Position numbers and translations under genes: made by a program
Shown here: one piece after another, positions 57,940 to 64,000 of the stretch
How the letters are laid out: every line of letters begins with the position of its first letter
Numbering within the stretch: position 1 is the first letter of the stretch
The notes under the pieces: model-generated
Database searches by the model: none
Told to the model about the DNA's origin: nothing
Seen by the model: only the letters and a program-made list of their open reading frames with translations
Origin: an uncultured Syntrophomonadaceae bacterium
GTDB taxonomy: Bacteria; Bacillota; Dethiobacteria; DTU022
DNA length: 64,000 nt
Assembly (NCBI GenBank): GCA_964485855.1
Contig: CAZAKI010000003.1
Span: forward strand, 26,096-90,095
Direction: 5' to 3'

Positions 57940-60030
57940 ATGAATCTTGTTATTGTCGAATCGCCAACTAAGGCGAAGACAATCGGAAAATTCTTAAGTA
58001 AAAACTACAAGGTTATGGCATCCAATGGTCACTTGATCGATCTGCCGAAGAGCAAGCTTGGGATTAATATCGATCATCATTTTGAGCCGCAATATATAAC
58101 CATTCGCGGTAAAGGAAAGATATTGAAAGAACTAAAAAATGCAGGGAAAAAAGCGGATCGAGTGTTTTTGGCAGCTGACCCTGATCGTGAAGGCGAAGCA
58201 ATCTGTCGTCATATTGGCGAAGCGCTTAGCCTAGATCTAAAAAAGCCTTGTCGAGTTGAATTTCACGAGATAACAAAATCAGCAATTAAAGAATCTTTCA
58301 AGAACCCTCGTCCGATTAGCCAGAATATGTTTGATGCCCAGCAAGCTCGACGTATTCTTGATCGTTTAGTCGGCTATAAAATTTCACCTCTGCTCTGGAA
58401 CAAAATTAGAAGCGGACTAAGCGCCGGAAGGGTTCAGTCGGTTGCGGTACGTTTAATATGTGAACGTGAAGAAGAAATTAGTAAATTCGTCGAAGAAGAA
58501 TACTGGTCAATTGATGCCAAGCTCGAAGACCCTGAATCTAAAATAAAATTTGACGCAAAGCTTGATCGCTATAAAAAGAAAAAAATGGATCTGAAAACTT
58601 CGGTCGAAGCACAGGCTGTTGCCAACCAACTAAAAAAAGAAAAATTTCTGGTTGATCAGATAACCCGAACCCGTCGAAAAAGGAATCCGGCAGCTCCTTT
58701 TACTACCAGCAGTCTTCAACAGGAGGCATCATCAAAGCTGGGTTTTACGGGTAGAAAAACGATGAGTATCGCCCAGCAGTTATATGAAGGGATCAATGTC
58801 GGTGATGGGGAGACTACCGGACTGATCACTTACATCCGCACTGATGCCACCAGAGTTTCAGCTGGCGCGCAGGATGAAGCCAGGGTGCTAATTGATCAAA
58901 AGTTTGGTCAAGATTATCATCCCCAGAAGCCTCCAGTCTATAAATCGCGCAAAGGGGCTCAGGAAGCGCATGAGGCAATTAGGCCTACCTCGGTTAAGCG
59001 CGAACCGCATTTGATCAGGCAGCATCTTTCTCGTGATCAACAACGATTATACAAGTTGATTTGGGATCGTTTCATGGCCAGTCAGATGAACCCTGCTATT
59101 TATGACCAGGTTAGGGTTAATATTTCAGCAGGGGATTATCAGTTGAAGTCCATTGGCTCCAGCTTGCAATTTCCTGGCTTCCTGGTTCTCTACAAAGATG
59201 ATCAAGAAGTTAAGGAAAATGTTTTGCCTCCCCTGGTTGAAGGCCAACTGGTGAGTCTTTTAGAAATCATTCCAAATCAACATTTTACCCAACCTCCTCC
59301 AAGATACAATGAAGCGTCATTAATTAAGATTTTAGAAGAAAAAGGGATTGGCCGCCCCAGTACCTACAGCCCGATCATCGAAACAATTCAAAGCAGGGGC
59401 TACGTAGTTAAAGAGAATAAAGCTTTTGTCCCCACAGAATTGGGTTTTGTCATTGTAGATCTGATGATTTCATATTTTCCGGAAGTGATTGATCTTGATT
59501 TTACAGCCCGCCTCGAGCAGCAGTTGGATGAAATCGAAGAGGGCAAGCAAAAATGGTTAAAAGTGATCGCTGATTTCTATGAAGGTTATTTTAAAGACAG
59601 GCTCGCTTATGCTGAAGAAAAAATTGAAAAAGTTGAATTGGCTCCGGAAATTAGTGAAGAAAAATGCCCGCAATGTGGCGAACAGCTTGTATATAAACAT
59701 GGTAGGTTTGGTCGCTTTTTAGCTTGTCCTTCTTACCCGGCTTGCAAATTTACGAAAAAAATTGTTAAAGATACAGGGGTCCAATGCCCGCTTGACGGTG
59801 GCAGGATTGTTGAACGAAAAAGCAAGAAGGGACGGATATTTTACGGCTGCAGCAATTATCCGGATTGTAATTTTTCACTTTGGAATAAACCTCTTCCTGA
59901 ACCTTGTCCAAAGTGTGGGTCAATCATGACCGAAAATTGGAAAGCACGCAACAAATTTGCCCGCTGCAGTAATAAGGAATGTGGTTACGAAAAAAATCTG
60001 ACGATCAAAAAGACTTCCTCCGGAAGTTGA
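57940..60030 (+). CDS. topA: DNA topoisomerase I
   Basis: TOPRIM and Toprim-associated domains, with 3 C-terminal zinc ribbons (CPQCG, CP…C). Confidence 0.95.
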   Translation: MNLVIVESPTKAKTIGKFLSKNYKVMASNGHLIDLPKSKLGINIDHHFEPQYITIRGKGKILKELKNAGKKADRVFLAADPDREGEAICRHIGEALSLDLKKPCRVEFHEITKSAIKESFKNPRPISQNMFDAQQARRILDRLVGYKISPLLWNKIRSGLSAGRVQSVAVRLICEREEEISKFVEEEYWSIDAKLEDPESKIKFDAKLDRYKKKKMDLKTSVEAQAVANQLKKEKFLVDQITRTRRKRNPAAPFTTSSLQQEASSKLGFTGRKTMSIAQQLYEGINVGDGETTGLITYIRTDATRVSAGAQDEARVLIDQKFGQDYHPQKPPVYKSRKGAQEAHEAIRPTSVKREPHLIRQHLSRDQQRLYKLIWDRFMASQMNPAIYDQVRVNISAGDYQLKSIGSSLQFPGFLVLYKDDQEVKENVLPPLVEGQLVSLLEIIPNQHFTQPPPRYNEASLIKILEEKGIGRPSTYSPIIETIQSRGYVVKENKAFVPTELGFVIVDLMISYFPEVIDLDFTARLEQQLDEIEEGKQKWLKVIADFYEGYFKDRLAYAEEKIEKVELAPEISEEKCPQCGEQLVYKHGRFGRFLACPSYPACKFTKKIVKDTGVQCPLDGGRIVERKSKKGRIFYGCSNYPDCNFSLWNKPLPEPCPKCGSIMTENWKARNKFARCSNKECGYEKNLTIKKTSSGS

Positions 60031-60130
60031 AAATGACTAGTGGTTACGAATAGGTGGAATCTTTTTAAAAACGATGCTATTTTCTTGCATCCCGATCATC
60101 ATTGTGTTAGGATGTTAAGGGTGCTGAGAT

Positions 60131-61033
60131 TTGAATAACTTTGATTGGTTAGAGCGTTTTATTTTTTACTTAGATATTGAGAAAAACGCATCACCATTAA
60201 CCCTGCAGGCTTATAGAAATGATATTATACAATTCTTAGAGGTTGCTGAAGATCCAGAAGGCAATTGCCAGGAATTAAATCATATAACGTTGCGTCGCTA
60301 TTTGGCCTGGCTGAAAGAAGGGGATTTCTCCCGGCGTTCGGTCGCGCGTAAGTTGTCAGCGGCGCGTTCTTTTTTGTTTTATTTACAAAAGGAAGAAGTT
60401 ATCAGTGGGGGCAGGTGGTCAGTAGTAGCCCGCCCTAAGCAGGGGAAGCCACTACCAAGATTTTTATTTGACCATGAAGTAATAGCCCTGCTTGAGGCGC
60501 CGGATAGTAAAGATATTCTTGGATTTCGTGATCGAGCTTTACTTGAATTGATTTATGCTTCAGGTTTGAGGGTTAGTGAATTGGTTAGTCTGAAGATCCA
60601 AAACTTGCAACTGGAAGAACGCTTAATTAAGGTTTTAGGCAAGGGAAGGAAAGAGCGGATTATTCCGATCGGTAGGGTGGCAGCAGCATTAATGACGGAA
60701 TACTTTAATTCGATCAGGCCAATACTCATTGCCCGAAATGACAATAATGAAAATATAGAACAGGTTTTTCTCAACAGGAGCGGAAAGGCTCTGAGCGATC
60801 GTGGAGTGCGCTATATCTTTAAAAAATATATCAGACAGGTTACTCATAAGGAGGATATTACTCCCCACTCGCTGAGGCATTCTTTTGCTACTCATTTGCT
60901 GGAAAGAGGCGCCGATTTAAGGGTAGTCCAAGAACTGCTTGGCCATGTTAATATTTCAACAACCCAAATCTATACTCATGTAACCAGGGAAAGGTTAAGG
61001 GAAGTATACCATTCCTGTTTTCCCCGTAAATAA
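60131..61033 (+). CDS. xerC: Tyrosine recombinase XerC/CodV
   Basis: R…HxxR…Y catalytic residues (HSLRHSFATHLLE … TQIYTHV). Chromosomal context before hslVU-codY. Confidence 0.9.
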   Translation: MNNFDWLERFIFYLDIEKNASPLTLQAYRNDIIQFLEVAEDPEGNCQELNHITLRRYLAWLKEGDFSRRSVARKLSAARSFLFYLQKEEVISGGRWSVVARPKQGKPLPRFLFDHEVIALLEAPDSKDILGFRDRALLELIYASGLRVSELVSLKIQNLQLEERLIKVLGKGRKERIIPIGRVAAALMTEYFNSIRPILIARNDNNENIEQVFLNRSGKALSDRGVRYIFKKYIRQVTHKEDITPHSLRHSFATHLLERGADLRVVQELLGHVNISTTQIYTHVTRERLREVYHSCFPRK

Positions 61034-61052
61034 ATGAAAAGGTGGGAATCAA

Positions 61053-61583
61053 GTGTTTCAGGCAACTACAATTTTGGCTGTCAAGAAAGAGAACCATGTC
61101 GCAGTAGCCGGCGATGGGCAGGTTACCTTTGGTAACAGCACTATTATTAAGCACGGAGCCCGTAAGGTACGCCGATTATATGATGGCAAGGTAATTACCG
61201 GTTTTGCCGGTTCCGCTGCCGATTCCTTAACCCTTTGCGATAAATTTGAAAGCAAACTTGAGACATACCAGGGCAATTTAGTCCGCGCAGCTGTGGAGTT
61301 AGCCAAAGATTGGCGAACCGATCGGGTATTGAGAAAGCTTGAAGCGCTGTTAATCGCTGCCAACAGCGAGGCGCTGCTTATTATTTCAGGAACAGGAGAA
61401 GTAATTGAACCTGACGATGGTGTTGCCGCGGTAGGTTCGGGTGGAGCTTATGCTCTTGCTGCTGCCCGCGCATTAATGCGCAATACTGATTTTTCGCCGG
61501 GAAGAATTGTCGGTGATGCATTAAAGATTGCCTCCGAAATATGTGTTTTCACCAATGACCGGATTATCATCGAAGAACTTTAG
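61053..61583 (+). CDS. hslV: ATP-dependent protease subunit HslV (ClpQ)
   Basis: N-terminal TTI(L)AV threonine protease motif and GDGQVTFG. Confidence 0.95.
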   Translation: MFQATTILAVKKENHVAVAGDGQVTFGNSTIIKHGARKVRRLYDGKVITGFAGSAADSLTLCDKFESKLETYQGNLVRAAVELAKDWRTDRVLRKLEALLIAANSEALLIISGTGEVIEPDDGVAAVGSGGAYALAAARALMRNTDFSPGRIVGDALKIASEICVFTNDRIIIEEL

Positions 61584-61602
61584 AAGGGCAGAACTTTTAA
61601 CT

Positions 61603-63021
61603 ATGTCAACTGAAGAATTAACCCCTCACCAGATTGTATCGGAACTGGATCGCTTTATCGTCGGGCAGGAAGATGCAAAACGATGTGTTGCTGTTGCGCT
61701 AAGAAACCGTTATCGTCGAAAACAGTTGCCTGACGAAATGCAAGAAGAGATTATCCCGAAGAACATTATTATGATTGGCGCAACCGGGGTAGGAAAAACC
61801 GAGATTGCCAGGCGCTTAGCACGTTTGGTTAATGCGCCCTTTGTCAAGGTAGAAGCAACTAAGTTCACCGAAGTTGGCTATGTAGGGCGTGATGTGGAAT
61901 CGATGGTCCGGGATCTGGTTGAAACCGCGATCCGGATTGTCCGTAACGAACGAATGACTGAAGTCCAAGCAAAGGCGAAACAAAATGCAAACGATCGCCT
62001 GATCAATATTATTTCTCCTTTGCCGACTAAAAGCAGGCGTCCAAATAATCCCCTCGGTTTTTTATTTGCTGGAAACCAGGCCCAGGAAGTGCCTAGCCAT
62101 GATGATTCGACCTTTGATGAAAGAATACGACTTGCCAGAGAAGAACAGGCGAAAGTCAGGGAAAGATTCATGGAGGGCAAATTGGAAAACCATCTGGTTG
62201 AAATTGAAGTCGAAGAACGTAAACCACAGATGTTTGAACTTTTCACTGGACAGGGTATGGAAGAAATGGGGATCAATCTGCAGGATATGCTGGGCAACCT
62301 GATCCCGCCGAAGAAAAAAAAACGTAAACTAACTGTTGCAGAAGCAAGAACAATTCTTGAACAAGAAGAAGCACAAAAATTAATTGACATGGATGCCGTA
62401 ACTGTCGAAGCTTTGAAAAGAGCGGAGCAGTTAGGAATAATATTTCTAGACGAAATTGACAAAATTGCCGGTAAAGATTATCATGGATCAGGTCCGGATA
62501 TCTCAAGAGAAGGGGTTCAGCGAGATATACTGCCGATTGTCGAAGGTTCTACAGTTGTCACCAAGTATGGACCGGTAAAAACTGATCATATATTATTCAT
62601 CGCAGCCGGTGCTTTTCATACTTCTAAACCGTCTGATTTAATACCTGAGTTGCAGGGACGTTTTCCGATCAGGGTAGAGCTGAGCAGTCTTACGGAAGAT
62701 GATTTTAAGCGCATTTTGACAGAACCGAAAAACGCACTACTTAAGCAGTATAAGGCGCTGTTGGAAACGGAAGGAGTGAGTATTGATTTTACGGTAGAGT
62801 CGATTGAAGAGATCGCTCAAACAGCTTGTTATCTGAACCAGGAGATGGAAAATATTGGCGCGAGAAGATTGCACACGATCTTAGAAAAAGTTTTGGAAGA
62901 TCTTTCTTTCGATTTACCAAATCTCGACGATCAGACAATATTTAGCATTGACCGGGATTATGTTAGAGACAAGCTGCATAAGGTGGTTAAAGATAAAGAT
63001 TTAAGTAAATATATTCTTTAA
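61603..63021 (+). CDS. hslU: ATP-dependent protease ATPase subunit HslU (ClpY)
   Basis: The start at ATG 61603 ([12 protein letters not shown]…) matches HslU N-termini. Walker [14 protein letters not shown]. The ORF-track start at 61528 overlaps hslV. Confidence 0.9.
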   Translation: MSTEELTPHQIVSELDRFIVGQEDAKRCVAVALRNRYRRKQLPDEMQEEIIPKNIIMIGATGVGKTEIARRLARLVNAPFVKVEATKFTEVGYVGRDVESMVRDLVETAIRIVRNERMTEVQAKAKQNANDRLINIISPLPTKSRRPNNPLGFLFAGNQAQEVPSHDDSTFDERIRLAREEQAKVRERFMEGKLENHLVEIEVEERKPQMFELFTGQGMEEMGINLQDMLGNLIPPKKKKRKLTVAEARTILEQEEAQKLIDMDAVTVEALKRAEQLGIIFLDEIDKIAGKDYHGSGPDISREGVQRDILPIVEGSTVVTKYGPVKTDHILFIAAGAFHTSKPSDLIPELQGRFPIRVELSSLTEDDFKRILTEPKNALLKQYKALLETEGVSIDFTVESIEEIAQTACYLNQEMENIGARRLHTILEKVLEDLSFDLPNLDDQTIFSIDRDYVRDKLHKVVKDKDLSKYIL

Positions 63022-63042
63022 TTTTTAAAAGAAGAAAGGTGG

Positions 63043-63846
63043 GTGAAAGACGTGATTTCTTCTCCTTTACTCGAGAAGACCCGTCGTATTAACAAGATAT
63101 TACAGATGACCGGTGGTGAACATGTTGATTTTAAGGAGGTTGCCGAAGTCCTTAAAAGCGTCATTCATGCCAATGTATATATTGCCGATCGGGAAGGTGT
63201 AATTCTTGGTTGGGCATTGGTTGATGAATTTGAATGTGAATTAATGGTTAATAATGTTTTGGAAGAAGGTTATTTCCCCGAGAGGTATAATGAATTCTTG
63301 CTCAGGGAAGATGAGTCAAGGGTTAATCTGCGTCAAAAATCAAATGACTGTGTTTTTCTGGAGGCGGAAAGATGCCTTTTTTCCAATAAGATTACCACAG
63401 TTGTTCCAATTCTCGGTGGAGGCAATCGGATCGGGACACTGCTTCTAGCCAGATTTAACGAGCTTTTTGATGCTGAAGATTTAATCTTGGCTGAAACCGG
63501 TGCTACTGTCGTCGGTATGGAAATTCTGCGTTCCAAAGCGGAAAAAGTGGAAGAAGACGCTCGTAATAAAGCTGTAGTCCAGTTAGCAGTTGCCACTCTA
63601 TCATATTCTGAACTTGAAGCAGTTGAGCACATTTTCGAAGAGCTCGGCGGCAATGAAGGCTTGCTTGTAGCCAGTAAAATTGCTGATCAGCTGGGCATTA
63701 CTCGTTCGGTAATTGTTAATGCCCTGCGCAAGTTTGAAAGTGCTGGCGTAATTGAATCGCGCTCCCTTGGGATGAAGGGGACATATATTAAAGTATTAAA
63801 CCCCTTTTTACTCGATTATCTGGCGAAAAAATCTAAACCATATTAA
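63043..63846 (+). CDS. codY: GTP-sensing pleiotropic repressor CodY
   Basis: GAF-like domain and a C-terminal wHTH ([44 protein letters not shown]), near-identical to Bacillus CodY. Confidence 0.95.
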   Translation: MKDVISSPLLEKTRRINKILQMTGGEHVDFKEVAEVLKSVIHANVYIADREGVILGWALVDEFECELMVNNVLEEGYFPERYNEFLLREDESRVNLRQKSNDCVFLEAERCLFSNKITTVVPILGGGNRIGTLLLARFNELFDAEDLILAETGATVVGMEILRSKAEKVEEDARNKAVVQLAVATLSYSELEAVEHIFEELGGNEGLLVASKIADQLGITRSVIVNALRKFESAGVIESRSLGMKGTYIKVLNPFLLDYLAKKSKPY

Positions 63847-63875
63847 TTAAAGGCTGAAAAAAAGGATTAACGGAT

Positions 63876-63908
63876 CCCGGCTTACAAAGCCGGGTTCGTT
63901 TTTTTATC
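63876..63908 (+). terminator. Rho-independent terminator after codY
   Basis: cccggctt-acaa-agccggg followed by ttcgttttttt. Confidence 0.7.
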
Positions 63909-64000
63909 AAGTTCTTTTAAAGAAGGATTTTGCTCTTCTTTGAACAATATATTTACTGATTGATTAGATGAATAGGGGTGGAGTATTGAATGATGATCTG

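Noticed and set aside
60131-61033. Tyrosine recombinase as a possible phage or ICE integrase
   Set aside because: It has XerC/CodV-type sequence and sits in the conserved xerC-hslVU-codY position. No flanking phage genes or att repeats.
61528-61602. Upstream extension of hslU overlapping hslV by 56 nt
   Set aside because: The HslU N-terminus aligns from the ATG at 61603 ([12 protein letters not shown]), so the extension is non-coding overlap.
61878-62462. 194 aa Ser-rich ORF antisense to hslU
   Set aside because: Low-complexity translation on the opposite strand of a highly conserved gene. Typical antisense artefact.

Overview
This 64 kb window is mostly conserved Firmicute housekeeping DNA (a sporulating, Clostridia/Halanaerobiales-like anaerobe), with a few accessory stretches. 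The backbone genes, in order, are: thrS; the infC-rpmI-rplT operon with its L20 leader; ktrB-ktrA; a TrmH-family methyltransferase; the pheS-pheT operon behind a Phe T-box; zapA; cvpA; mpg; mutS2; a class A PBP; an ADP-forming acetyl-CoA synthetase; yceD-rpmF-plsX-acpP-rnc; spoVS; smc; ftsY; ylxM-ffh; the rpsP-KH-rimM-trmD-rplS-lepB-rbgA-rnhB-yraN run; comM (inverted); dprA-topA-xerC-hslV-hslU-codY. One tRNA-Val(GAC) lies on the minus strand; there is no CRISPR array and no obvious mobile element. Three small or atypical genes were missed or mis-started in the ORF track: rubredoxin (52525..52683, TTG start), rpmF (35547..35723) and infC (AUU start at 17093). The stretch most worth a second look is the first 6 kb: three tandem complex-I/Mrp antiporter-like PF00361 membrane subunits running straight into an MmgE/PrpD-family enzyme, all ended by one terminator shared with the tRNA. 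One subunit has a His-rich acidic loop and another a long C-terminal extension. This could be an undescribed membrane-coupled dehydratase/decarboxylase module, loosely analogous to DabAB. Other notable items are a eukaryote/archaea-type DRG (TGS-domain) GTPase next to the tRNA, an ars locus built as ArsR / CxxC thioredoxin-like / ArsP-like COG0701 permease followed by a 470 bp non-coding spacer and acr3-arsC, and a broken rnhB-yraN-comM-dprA-topA cluster carrying a LOG-like protein, rubredoxin, a UvrD-like helicase and citramalate synthase.
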